From Wickerhamiella versatilis (taxonomy: Eukaryota): 64,000 nt of DNA. Shown piece after piece: positions 29,897 through 39,560 of the stretch. A model generated the notes under the pieces. That model was not told the origin of the DNA. It saw only the letters and a program-made list of their open reading frames with translations, and searched no databases. The stretch lies in the NCBI GenBank assembly GCA_030867685.1, contig JAQOWU010000008.1, forward strand, positions 2,170,001-2,234,000, given 5' to 3'. Each line of letters opens with the position of its first letter. The first letter of the stretch is position 1. A program made the translations under genes and the position numbers.

Positions 29897-30925
29897 ATGA
29901 GCACCATACTTAAAAGGCGACTTGCCCTTCTAAGTTCAGTGGCATTATCAACACCAGATCGACAAATGGCTCACAAGAAAGTTGTTATAATCGGAAGTGG
30001 TCCTGCGGCCCACACTGCAGCCATCTATCTTGCACGGGCAGAAATTAAGCCCACTTTGTACGAAGGTATGCTGGCCAACGGTATTGCAGCTGGTGGCCAG
30101 CTCACGACAACTACAGACATTGAAAACTTCCCTGGCTTCCCTAAGGGCATTGGGGGTACAAAGCTCATGGAAGAGATGCGTGAACAGAGTGAGCGTTTCG
30201 GCACTGAGATCATAACTGAGACCATCGAGCGGGTTGACTTCTCCTCAAAGCCATTTAAGCTTTGGCCTGAGCTGTCTGATGAGCCTGTCACCACGGATGC
30301 TGTGATCCTTGCCACGGGCGCCTCCGCTAAGCGTCTTCACTTACCTGGAGAGGAGACATACTGGCAGAGTGGTATCTCCGCATGCGCTGTATGCGATGGT
30401 GCGATCCCTCTGTTCCGTAATAAGCCGCTTGCAGTGATTGGTGGTGGTGACTCTGCAGCAGAGGAGTCGCTCTTTTTGACTAAATACGGTTCTAAGGTCT
30501 ATGTGATTGTACGACGTGACCAGCTCCGCGCATCCCCAATCATGCAGAAGCGACTGTTGTCAAACCCTAAAATCGAGATGGTTTGGAATACGGTATCCAA
30601 GAAGGCTGAGGGTAATGGCAAGGTATTGGAGAAGCTTGTGGTGGAGAACGTCAAGACTGGTGAGGAGAAGGAACTCCAGGTCAATGGACTGTTCTATGCT
30701 ATTGGCCATAAGCCAGCGACCGAAATAGTACGTGACCAAGGTATCAAACTTGATGAAGATGGATATATCGAGACTGTACCTGGCACCTCGTGTACCAGTG
30801 TTGAGGGCGTCTTTGCAGCAGGAGATGTTCAGGACAAAAAATATCGTCAAGCCATTACTTCCGCGGGCTCTGGTTGCATGGCTGGTCTCGATGCGGAGAG
30901 ATACGTATCAGAGCTTGACGCCTAG
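29897..30925 (+). CDS. TRR1: Thioredoxin reductase, with alternative ATGs at 29897 and 29966
   Basis: [29 protein letters not shown] active site, GGGDSA and FAAGDVQD motifs. Confidence 0.97.
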   Translation: MSTILKRRLALLSSVALSTPDRQMAHKKVVIIGSGPAAHTAAIYLARAEIKPTLYEGMLANGIAAGGQLTTTTDIENFPGFPKGIGGTKLMEEMREQSERFGTEIITETIERVDFSSKPFKLWPELSDEPVTTDAVILATGASAKRLHLPGEETYWQSGISACAVCDGAIPLFRNKPLAVIGGGDSAAEESLFLTKYGSKVYVIVRRDQLRASPIMQKRLLSNPKIEMVWNTVSKKAEGNGKVLEKLVVENVKTGEEKELQVNGLFYAIGHKPATEIVRDQGIKLDEDGYIETVPGTSCTSVEGVFAAGDVQDKKYRQAITSAGSGCMAGLDAERYVSELDA

Positions 30926-31107
30926 AAAGTGGGATATATTTCTTAATTCTACTGTTTATTTCTTGCTAGATAATTATAAACGCTTCATGGTAAAAAAGTT
31001 TCTCATTTATAGGTGAGTAAGGTTCAATTAATTATTATACTCTATGCACTAATATGGCTAGTGCCACCATCAAAAGAAAAAATATTAGGTAATCGGGACA
31101 CGGCAGG

Positions 31108-31944
31108 ATGGTTTCGGACCAAGCTCAGCAGCTCTACGAGGCAATGCTGGAAGATGCATCCAAGGCATGGTCTCAAAATGAACTCGAGGTCATGGTTGAT
31201 GCTGAGCATCGTGGGTTGCTCTTGCAGTATATCCAAGAGCTGTTAAATCAACAGTCGATAAAACTAATGCAGAGCGAAGGTTCCCTGTACTACCAAGCTG
31301 TTTCGCGCGATGAGGCAGACAAAATCCGGGGGATGTCCCGCGATGAGACTATTGTTTACTCCTATATCCAAGGGGCTGGCCGTGAGGGTATTTGGACCAA
31401 GACTATCAGACTGAAATCTAACCTGCACCAAAGCGTGGTCAATCGATGCCTCAAGAGCCTCGAAACTAAGAGATTTATTAAAAGCGTGAAGAGCGTCAAG
31501 TTCCCCACGCGCAAAATTGTAATGCTTTATCACCTGCAGCCATCAATCGACGTAACCGGCGGGCCCTGGTTTACGGACACTGAATTGGACTCGGAGTTTA
31601 TTGCCTTACTTCTCCGACTGATATGGCAGTATGTTGTGCAAGCAACCTTCCCTGATTCTGAGGGCCATATTGACCCTGAGCAACAAAAAACGCATATTCC
31701 CGACTTCAAAAATTATCCATCACTTGATGATATCCACAGTTTTGTGTCTCAATCTGGCATATCCACCGTTGAACTGGGATTGGATGATATTATTTCGCTC
31801 TGTGACGTTCTCATTTACGATGATAAACTGGAACGGACCAGCAGTGGTTTGTACAAGGCTACATGGACTTCAATGCTTCAGGAGAAAGGGGTGGATCCCG
31901 TTCGAGTTCCCACTCTGCCAGAACTCAGGTCGGTAAGTACATAG
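31108..31944 (+). CDS. RPC34: RNA polymerase III subunit C34
   Basis: AGREGIWTKTI...CLKSLE...KSVKFPTRKIVMLYHLQPSIDVTGGPWFTDTELD. Confidence 0.95.
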   Translation: MVSDQAQQLYEAMLEDASKAWSQNELEVMVDAEHRGLLLQYIQELLNQQSIKLMQSEGSLYYQAVSRDEADKIRGMSRDETIVYSYIQGAGREGIWTKTIRLKSNLHQSVVNRCLKSLETKRFIKSVKSVKFPTRKIVMLYHLQPSIDVTGGPWFTDTELDSEFIALLLRLIWQYVVQATFPDSEGHIDPEQQKTHIPDFKNYPSLDDIHSFVSQSGISTVELGLDDIISLCDVLIYDDKLERTSSGLYKATWTSMLQEKGVDPVRVPTLPELRSVST

Positions 31945-32123
31945 GAGATTGAATAATTTCAGGCGGGAAGGAAAGTCTTTACGGCAGGCAATCATAGTCC
32001 ATGCTCGTGTTTTCTGTTTGCTTTTTTGTCGCTGTGTTTTGGTGGGTTTGGCACCGTGTTCCGCAACTCCTAAGAAAACTGTACAGTGCATAACTAATAA
32101 AATGTTTAACGGTATATAGTCAC

Positions 32124-33212
32124 TTAAGTATAAGACATCTGATCTACAAGTTGTTGCAGCTGGCGGATAGCGGAGTGTTTTTCCTCCAGGTCCTTGTTCA
32201 GGCGATCACGCTCTGCAATAAGGTTTGCCTCCCATTTGTTGAACCTTGCAACCTCGGCATTAACCTGCTCCGTGAAAGCCCTGCGTAGAGCCTGTTCCTC
32301 CTCCTTATACTGGGTATTGACCTGCTTCTTCGTTTTCTTCTCACCTGGCTGCCTGGTAGACAATGATTGGCTCCTATAGGCCTCATAGTGAAGCTCCGAG
32401 GTGGACTCGATAAGATCGAGCATGTGAGTCCTCACTATTAAATTGCGAAGCTTCTTAAAGTCGCAATGTGCCTCGTTGTCGACTTCGGCAACGCCCCATA
32501 AATATTGACGACCTCTAACCAGCTCACCCTTGCTGTTCTGGACTTCCTTTTCAGCACCAATTACGGAATATGGAAGCTGTTCTGCAAGTGGCTTGCCCGT
32601 GGCCAGATCCAAAGGTTGATAAACGTGGATTCCTTGGGCCTCAAGGATTTCGCGGGTCCTATCCTTGAACAGAGCCATTTCCTCGCTGTCAAGCGTGTCT
32701 GCCTTTGCGATTACAGGTATAACATTTGCCCGGGTAGACAAGGCCCGAATGGCCTCGATATCGAGGGGCTTTATAGAATGGCCTGTGGGCCGAATGAAAT
32801 ACAATAAAGCATGTACCCGCAGGTCATAACGCTTCTTTCTCTCAGGCTGCTGTTCCTGCTGCATGTAAGACTCGTGCTGATCATCTAGAAAGTCAACAAT
32901 GGGCTGCCAGGCCTTGTTATTATCCACGTTGTCCCCAAATCCTGGGGTATCAACAGCATTAACACGCAGCTTGAATCCCTTCTCCTCCAGCTCAGCCCTC
33001 GTAATGTTGATGTCCACCGTTTTCTTCACTGGCTTGGAATGACGGGCGTGATCCTCAGCATGATGCTTCAGGTTAGTGCAGAAAAGCGTGTTGACGAAGG
33101 TTGTCTTGCCTAATCCACTCTCCCCCACAACCATGAACGTGAAAGCAGCTCCACGCTTGGCCAAGAGCCGGTACTGCTGATTCGGCAAGTTCACTATGCC
33201 CACACTCGTCAT
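32124..33212 (-). CDS. CDC12: Septin Cdc12
   Basis: VGIVNLPNQ...AKRGAAFTFMVVGESGLGKTT, FLDDQHESYMQQEQQP, and C-terminal KWEANLIAERDRLNKDLE. First ATG at 33212. Confidence 0.92.
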   Translation of the reverse strand: MTSVGIVNLPNQQYRLLAKRGAAFTFMVVGESGLGKTTFVNTLFCTNLKHHAEDHARHSKPVKKTVDINITRAELEEKGFKLRVNAVDTPGFGDNVDNNKAWQPIVDFLDDQHESYMQQEQQPERKKRYDLRVHALLYFIRPTGHSIKPLDIEAIRALSTRANVIPVIAKADTLDSEEMALFKDRTREILEAQGIHVYQPLDLATGKPLAEQLPYSVIGAEKEVQNSKGELVRGRQYLWGVAEVDNEAHCDFKKLRNLIVRTHMLDLIESTSELHYEAYRSQSLSTRQPGEKKTKKQVNTQYKEEEQALRRAFTEQVNAEVARFNKWEANLIAERDRLNKDLEEKHSAIRQLQQLVDQMSYT

Positions 33213-33250
33213 TATCGTGGAACTAACTGAGTCTCCTTGCTTACGTGGTG

Positions 33251-33271
33251 TCGCGTTCACCTGACACGCGT
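33251..33271. promoter_or_regulatory. MCB-type elements upstream of CDC12
   Basis: TCGCGT at 33251 and ACGCGT at 33266. Confidence 0.55.
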
Positions 33272-33510
33272 TCTAATTCTCAATCATGTGTGAGATTCTA
33301 AGACAATCTTAAAAAATAATCGAGATATGAAATCTTAGTCGAGCATCCTATGTTTGAAAATTAACCCTCAACTCGTGACTCCGCCATTTACATTTCAGGC
33401 CTCTCGAGGCTTTCATTAGCTTACTCCTATATATGTCATGCTGACAGTACTGGTGGTAATGAGTAGTGTGGTCTGGAAATAGCTGTGGACTAGCTTATTA
33501 ATTAGTGTGT

Positions 33511-35529
33511 ATGCTTCGACGTCTTCGAAGGCCGCTGGAGCACCTCCGGCGATTCGGGACAGCTCGAGCATGGAGACAACAGGGGCAAATGCCTCCGAAG
33601 TTTCGGTTCGATGCCAATAAGCCACCGCCTAAGATGCCCCAATCGCCACCGCCCGACTGGAGGGCTTTGGCATTTTACGGCTTTGGTGCGGCTGTCTTAA
33701 CAAGCTTTTTATGGACACTTTCACAAGTAAGCGGCCGGGAACTGTCGTGGCAGGAATTTCGAGCTACATACTTAGATCAGGGTCAGGTCGAGCGTATCGT
33801 ACTTGTTAATAACTCTGAGGGGCGGGCGCTGCTCAAGGGCGGTACACCGGTCTTTTTCAGCGTGGGCAGTGTGGAGTCGTTTGACCAGAATCTTGATGAC
33901 GCCACGAAAGAAACAGGAATTGAGGTCCCGGTGGCATACCTGTCTGAAACGTCTGTAGGGTCCATTGCGATGGCATTACTCCCTACAGCTCTCCTCATCG
34001 GAGGGCTTTGGTACTTAACCCGACGAGGCATGCAACAAGCAGGCCAAGGGGGTATTTTTAATATGGGTAAAACGACGGCAAAGCGTTTCAATGAAGAGAA
34101 AGATGTCCGGGTTAATTTTTCCGATGTCGCGGGCTGTCAGGAGGCAAAGAATGAGATCATGGAATTTGTCGATTTCCTCAAGCATCCCCAGAAATACGAG
34201 CATTTGGGGGCCAAAATTCCCCGAGGTGCTGTACTTTCGGGACCACCTGGTACTGGTAAGACGCTTCTGGCTAAGGCTACCGCAGGCGAGGCTGGTGTGC
34301 CCTTCTACTCAGTGAGCGGCTCTGAGTTCGTTGAAATGTTTGTCGGTGTAGGTGCATCACGGGTGCGGGACCTGTTTTCTTTGGCCCGGAAAAATGCCCC
34401 ATCCATTGTCTTCATTGATGAGATAGACGCCATAGGTCGTTCACGGTCACAGGGTGGACAGTTCGGTGGTGGACACGATGAGCGTGAAGCAACCCTCAAC
34501 CAGGTCCTAGTTGAAATGGATGGTTTCTCCAGCGACGATCACGTCGTTGTAATTGCTGGTACCAATAGACCCGATGTATTGGATAAAGCGCTTATGAGAC
34601 CCGGACGGTTCAGCCGCCAGATCACCGTTGATGCGCCAGATGTCAACGGCCGTAAAGACATTTATATGGTCTATTTGAAGAAGATTCGAACTAGTATGGA
34701 CCTGTCGGATCTTTCCTCGAGGCTTGCCGCTTTGACACCAGGGTTCTCGGGTGCGGATATTGCGAATTGCATAAATGAGGCAACCCTCATCGCAGCTCGC
34801 CAAGACTCTGACGAGGTGCGTTGGAATCATTTTGAGGCCGCTGTAGAACGTACCTCGTTTGGACTGGAGAAGAAGAATAAGATTTTGAGTCCCCAGGAAA
34901 GGGTATCCATAGCCTATCACGAGGCTGGTCATGCTATTTGTGGATGGTTCTTGAAGTACACGGATCCCCTTGTCAAGGTAACAATAATCCCTCGTGGTGA
35001 AAGCTTGGGTTATGCCAAGTATCTTCCGGCAGATGTGCCGCTTCCAAATAACCTAGAGTTGGAGGACCGCATGGTCATGGCTCTTGGTGGCCGAGTCTCC
35101 GAAGAACTCCATTTTGCGTCAACCTCAAGTGGTGCTGCATCCGATTTTCAGAAGGTAACCCAGATTGCGACTAACATGGTGGCAATGTGGGGCATGGCCG
35201 CCCGTTCAATTGGCTGGGTTAACTATGATGAACCAGAGGGATACTATACCAAGCCCTTTAGCGAACAAACAGCCGAAAAGATCGATTTGGAAGTCCAAAA
35301 AATCGTAAATAACGCACATGAAAGATGCCGTGCATTACTCTCCGAAAAAGCCGAAGAGGTGAAAAAGATTGCTGAAGCATTGCTCGAAAAGGAAACCCTT
35401 GAGCGAGCAGACTTTGTCAATTTAATTGGTGAGCGTCCATATAAGGAGGAATCTGTTGAATTTAAATACTTACAGGGATACCCAGGTCCCGAGCCCAAGG
35501 TGGATGAAGAAAAAGGTGGAGGAGCTTAA
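33511..35529 (+). CDS. Mitochondrial m-AAA protease subunit (Yta12/Afg3, FtsH family)
   Basis: Presequence, two transmembrane segments, [14 protein letters not shown], second region of homology and HEAGH zinc site. Confidence 0.93.
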   Translation: MLRRLRRPLEHLRRFGTARAWRQQGQMPPKFRFDANKPPPKMPQSPPPDWRALAFYGFGAAVLTSFLWTLSQVSGRELSWQEFRATYLDQGQVERIVLVNNSEGRALLKGGTPVFFSVGSVESFDQNLDDATKETGIEVPVAYLSETSVGSIAMALLPTALLIGGLWYLTRRGMQQAGQGGIFNMGKTTAKRFNEEKDVRVNFSDVAGCQEAKNEIMEFVDFLKHPQKYEHLGAKIPRGAVLSGPPGTGKTLLAKATAGEAGVPFYSVSGSEFVEMFVGVGASRVRDLFSLARKNAPSIVFIDEIDAIGRSRSQGGQFGGGHDEREATLNQVLVEMDGFSSDDHVVVIAGTNRPDVLDKALMRPGRFSRQITVDAPDVNGRKDIYMVYLKKIRTSMDLSDLSSRLAALTPGFSGADIANCINEATLIAARQDSDEVRWNHFEAAVERTSFGLEKKNKILSPQERVSIAYHEAGHAICGWFLKYTDPLVKVTIIPRGESLGYAKYLPADVPLPNNLELEDRMVMALGGRVSEELHFASTSSGAASDFQKVTQIATNMVAMWGMAARSIGWVNYDEPEGYYTKPFSEQTAEKIDLEVQKIVNNAHERCRALLSEKAEEVKKIAEALLEKETLERADFVNLIGERPYKEESVEFKYLQGYPGPEPKVDEEKGGGA

Positions 35530-36145
35530 ATGTACATATATCAGAAACGTGCTAGAAATTTGCCTGTACATATATATACTAACCAAATAAGAAACTCTTA
35601 TGAACTTGGTCGGGTCTGGTTTCTTATTTTCAGAGTGTATGCTGTAGTCTTCGAAATTTTAAATGTTTCTCACTTTATGTAGCCACAAACCAAAACCAGT
35701 CAGAAAATCGCATACATTGTCTCGTTCATGTAAATCTCTTTGACAAAAAAGGGGTTTGGATTGAGATATGTCTCTGACGGATACCACGTAGTTAGAAGAC
35801 AGGAGTGCGAGATCCGATACAATTACCTTGCCGTTAGATAAAATTTATGAATTTAACAGTTAAATAATAGCTACCTAGCTACCGGTTATCATATCACTCC
35901 AATCCAGGATATGCAACAAAATTAACCCTTATTATATTATTTCGCCCTGCGCACCCTGAAACACACCAACTTAGTGCAGGTAGGAGAATCGTTCTTACTG
36001 CGATACAGACATATACATAACGTGGAATCTCTGACAATAAGCCCATGTAAGAATCCTGAAACAGAATCTGGGCTTTACTAGAGAGAAGGATATTCCACCG
36101 ATACCTTGACCCCGCCATTGCAGCAGGATCATCCTCCGAGTTGTT

Positions 36146-36427
36146 ATGTTGGTGACTGAGGCATCTATTGCACCTACTTTTGCATCCTATTTAAGAGGAA
36201 TTACCCTCTGTGAAAATGAAGCTGATGAGGCAAACGATGAATATTTATCTACGTTAAGTACCAAGTCCCGTGCGGTTTACCAGCGAGAGCTTCAGGCAGT
36301 CTTGGAGAAGTTAAGCGAAATCAGGAAACTAGCTGCTAAAAACAAAGAAGTTATCGAGGATTTAAAAACATCAACGCAGCAAACACTTTCATATCTTCAA
36401 ATGCATCGAGAACATCAAGTAAGCTAA
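36146..36427 (+). CDS. Hypothetical small coiled-coil protein (93 aa)
   Basis: ATG-initiated ORF with a heptad-like charged helix. No family recognised. Confidence 0.55.
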   Translation: MLVTEASIAPTFASYLRGITLCENEADEANDEYLSTLSTKSRAVYQRELQAVLEKLSEIRKLAAKNKEVIEDLKTSTQQTLSYLQMHREHQVS

Positions 36428-36443
36428 CTAAGCTTCGTTTTTC

Positions 36444-36887
36444 ATGGCCACATGCATCGTTTGTGCCAAGGAAAATCCCGCTTATCGATGTCCTTCTTGT
36501 ATGGAGCGCTATTGTAGCGTTTCATGTAGCAAAGAGCATAAGATTACATGCTCGCCACCCGAAAAAGCACCGGAAAGCGTAACCAAAGCAGAGACAACAA
36601 AATCAGACTCTGAGCAGCCAGAAGAGCAACTTATTTATGACAAAATAGCAAATGATCCTGAAATAAAAAACCTTCTCAGATCTACAGCACTCCAAGAACA
36701 CCTTCAACTTGTTGCATCCATACTTCAGAACCCTGAAGTTAGTGGTGAGCCGTCCAAGGAAGGGCGAAGAGCAGTAGCCTTGAAGAAATTGAGACGTCTC
36801 AGAAAAGGTGGTAGTGAGGAAAATGAAGCAGTCGAGGAATTTGCATCGTTATCGTGCCATCTTCTCAAGGGTACTAGCTCTGATTGA
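36444..36887 (+). CDS. HIT1: Zinc-finger HIT protein (box C/D snoRNP assembly)
   Basis: CIVC...YRCPSC...YCSVSCSKEH and a C-terminal LRRLRKGGSEENEAVEEF motif. Confidence 0.88.
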   Translation: MATCIVCAKENPAYRCPSCMERYCSVSCSKEHKITCSPPEKAPESVTKAETTKSDSEQPEEQLIYDKIANDPEIKNLLRSTALQEHLQLVASILQNPEVSGEPSKEGRRAVALKKLRRLRKGGSEENEAVEEFASLSCHLLKGTSSD

Positions 36888-37265
36888 TAATATTTATTTT
36901 TAAAAAAAGAAATTTTTTTAATAGTATGCATGCGAAAATAGTATTGATAGATAGTTTACTCCCTTACTTTTAAGGGTCGAGAATCAGATTTTTTCGCATG
37001 GGAGAAGAAGGCCTCTTTTGTAATATTGCTAAATTTTGCTTGATAATATATAGTCTACCAGGGTTGTTTCAAATAATACACCCCACTTCCAACTTCTCAG
37101 TTGTGGTGCTCTCGTAATTTTTTTGATACTGTCAAAACTATCTATATTTGGTTTTTTCTATATTATATAGGCGTTGAGTTCAGACCAATCGGGTTGAAAT
37201 AGCCGGCACCTATACAAATACAGTGAATTTGCGGGGTCGTGACTAAGGACAAACCTGGCTAACCG

Positions 37266-38492
37266 ATGCGAGCTTCTTTTATTTTACGAGCTAGCGCGTG
37301 GGCAAAAGTTCCGCAAGGGCCTCCTGATGCGATTCTTGGAATAACAGAGGCCTTTAAACGAGATGTTTCTCCAAAAAAGATAAATCTCGGTGTGGGCGCC
37401 TATCGGGATGACAGCGGACGACCCTTTGTCCTAAGCAGCGTACGCGAGGCCGAGCAGCTTGTTGTGAACCGCTTTATGAACAAAGAATATGCACCTATCA
37501 CAGGTATACCAGAGTTCGTGTCAGCGGCTATTAAACTCTCGTATGGCCATGAATCCAAACCGCTAATTGAAAATCGTATTGCAGCAACCCAGACCATTAG
37601 CGGCACTGGTGCCCTAAGGATTGGAGCAGAGTTTCTAACTCGATTCCTTCCTTCTAAAACCATTTATATGCCCACACCTACCTGGGCAAACCATCAGGCT
37701 GTGTTTAAGAACGCCGGCTTGGAGACAGTGAGCTATCGCTACTATGACAAGAATACTATTTCTCTGGATTTGGATGGTCTAGTTGAGGACCTCAAAAATG
37801 CGACCCCAGGCTCCGCGGTCCTACTCCATGCGTGTGCCCACAATCCTACTGGTGTGGATCCAACCCCAGGGCAATGGCATAAAATATACGAGGTGATAAA
37901 GGATCAGCAATTGTTTCCTTTCTTCGATATGGCCTATCAAGGCTTTGCGTCTGGTGATTGTGACCGCGATGCCTTTGCAGTACGACACTTTGTTACGCAG
38001 GGTGCACAGGTAGCTTTATGTCAATCATTTGCCAAAAATATGGGCCTATACGGTGAACGGGTGGGCTGCTTCTCCTTGACCTGTGCTGATGCAGAGGAGA
38101 AGGCACGAGTCGATTCCCAGCTGAAGATTGTTATTCGTCCTTTATATTCCAACCCACCGATCCATGGTGCCAGGATTGCATCGGAAATTTTAAATCATCC
38201 CCGTCTAAAATCTCTTTGGCTTGAGGAGGTCCGGTTTATGGCTACCCGTATGATTGAAATGCGTAAACTTCTTCGCGAAAATCTCGAGAGCTTGGGTTCC
38301 CAACATTCCTGGGAACATGTCACATCCCAAATTGGCATGTTCTGTTACACAGGCCTTTCCCCTGAGCAAGTGGATAGGTTGGCATCAGAGTACTCTGTCT
38401 ATGGTACTCGCGATGGACGGATTTCTATTTGTGGAATTAACTCAGAAAATGTGAATTACCTTAGTGAGGCCATACATGCTGTTGCCGGTTAA
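37266..38492 (+). CDS. AAT1: Mitochondrial aspartate aminotransferase
   Basis: VPQGPPDAILG, NLGVGAYRD, HACAHNPTG, DMAYQGF and SFAKNMGLYGER (PLP lysine), with a short presequence. Confidence 0.92.
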   Translation: MRASFILRASAWAKVPQGPPDAILGITEAFKRDVSPKKINLGVGAYRDDSGRPFVLSSVREAEQLVVNRFMNKEYAPITGIPEFVSAAIKLSYGHESKPLIENRIAATQTISGTGALRIGAEFLTRFLPSKTIYMPTPTWANHQAVFKNAGLETVSYRYYDKNTISLDLDGLVEDLKNATPGSAVLLHACAHNPTGVDPTPGQWHKIYEVIKDQQLFPFFDMAYQGFASGDCDRDAFAVRHFVTQGAQVALCQSFAKNMGLYGERVGCFSLTCADAEEKARVDSQLKIVIRPLYSNPPIHGARIASEILNHPRLKSLWLEEVRFMATRMIEMRKLLRENLESLGSQHSWEHVTSQIGMFCYTGLSPEQVDRLASEYSVYGTRDGRISICGINSENVNYLSEAIHAVAG

Positions 38493-38550
38493 CTGTAGAG
38501 AGAATTAAAAGGAAATACAATAAACCCGCTCGATAGTGACCCTAACCCTG

Positions 38551-39408
38551 ATGGATTTTTTCAAACCGCTATACAAAAAGCACAAACACTCATTAGAGGG
38601 ATGCTTTGATACAAAAAGCCCTGAAGAGTCTATTCAGGGTTATGAAATCGTGCATGAAAAGTTAAGTGGTTCGTTCCTTCAATCAGGATATGATGCATAT
38701 CAGTTGAGCCCACCGGATCAGGTGCAGCAGTATACAATCAAATCGCTTCCTGGATTAAAAATTATTTCAGGGGCATTAACTTCAGATATACAGCGCAAGC
38801 TTGTTGATGATGCGACCTCAACATACTTGGCTGACCCAAGGCATTTAACAAACCTCGATTTGCATGGCATCATCCCTCGCCCCATTGAACTGTTCAGCGA
38901 GGATGGGTCCAAGAAATTTACTGGTAAGCACCAGCTTCGCTGGGTTACTTTAGGGGGGCAGTATGATTGGACTCGTAAACTTTACCCCAGCTTTAATATC
39001 GGAAAAGATGACAGATGTCCTTCCTTCCCAGAGCCATTGGCGACATTCATAAACGAATCTTTCGGCGTCAAGGCTGAAGCTGCAATTGTAAATTTTTATT
39101 CTGAGGGCAACACCCTCTCTCCGCATCAAGATGTTGCAGAGCAATGCTGTGCAGATCTCGTATCAATATCTCTTGGCTGCTCTACTGTTTTTTACGCAGC
39201 TCTGAACCGCTGGGACACCACCCCACTCCCCATTATTTTGCATTCAGGTGATATTGTTGTAATGGGTGGCCCTTCTCGTTATGCTTGGCACGGCATAGGG
39301 CGTGTATTGGCGAACACATCGCCGCAAGCCCTTCAAAGTGATAGCGAGTGGGCAGGCTGGATTCCGGAAAAAAGAATAAACATCAACGTACGCCAAATGT
39401 TACCCTAA
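38551..39408 (+). CDS. AlkB-family 2OG-Fe(II) dioxygenase, ALKBH1-like
   Basis: LRWVTLGGQYDW, AEAAIVNFY, HQD...SISLG...WHG...RININVRQ. Confidence 0.9.
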   Translation: MDFFKPLYKKHKHSLEGCFDTKSPEESIQGYEIVHEKLSGSFLQSGYDAYQLSPPDQVQQYTIKSLPGLKIISGALTSDIQRKLVDDATSTYLADPRHLTNLDLHGIIPRPIELFSEDGSKKFTGKHQLRWVTLGGQYDWTRKLYPSFNIGKDDRCPSFPEPLATFINESFGVKAEAAIVNFYSEGNTLSPHQDVAEQCCADLVSISLGCSTVFYAALNRWDTTPLPIILHSGDIVVMGGPSRYAWHGIGRVLANTSPQALQSDSEWAGWIPEKRININVRQMLP

Positions 39409-39560
39409 TTTACATATAAAACTGTTGGCATTTACTAAGAATAATCTACAAATATAAAGTCCTGTTTGTCGTATCTCACTATAATAATATAAGAGACGTT
39501 CGAATTAAATATTACCTGTCATCTCAAGACGATGGCAATGGTAAATATCTGAAAAAGAAA

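Noticed and set aside
35815-35832. ATACAATTACCTT resembling the U1 snRNA 5' end
   Set aside because: It differs from the invariant ATACTTACC, and no U1 stem-loop I motif follows.
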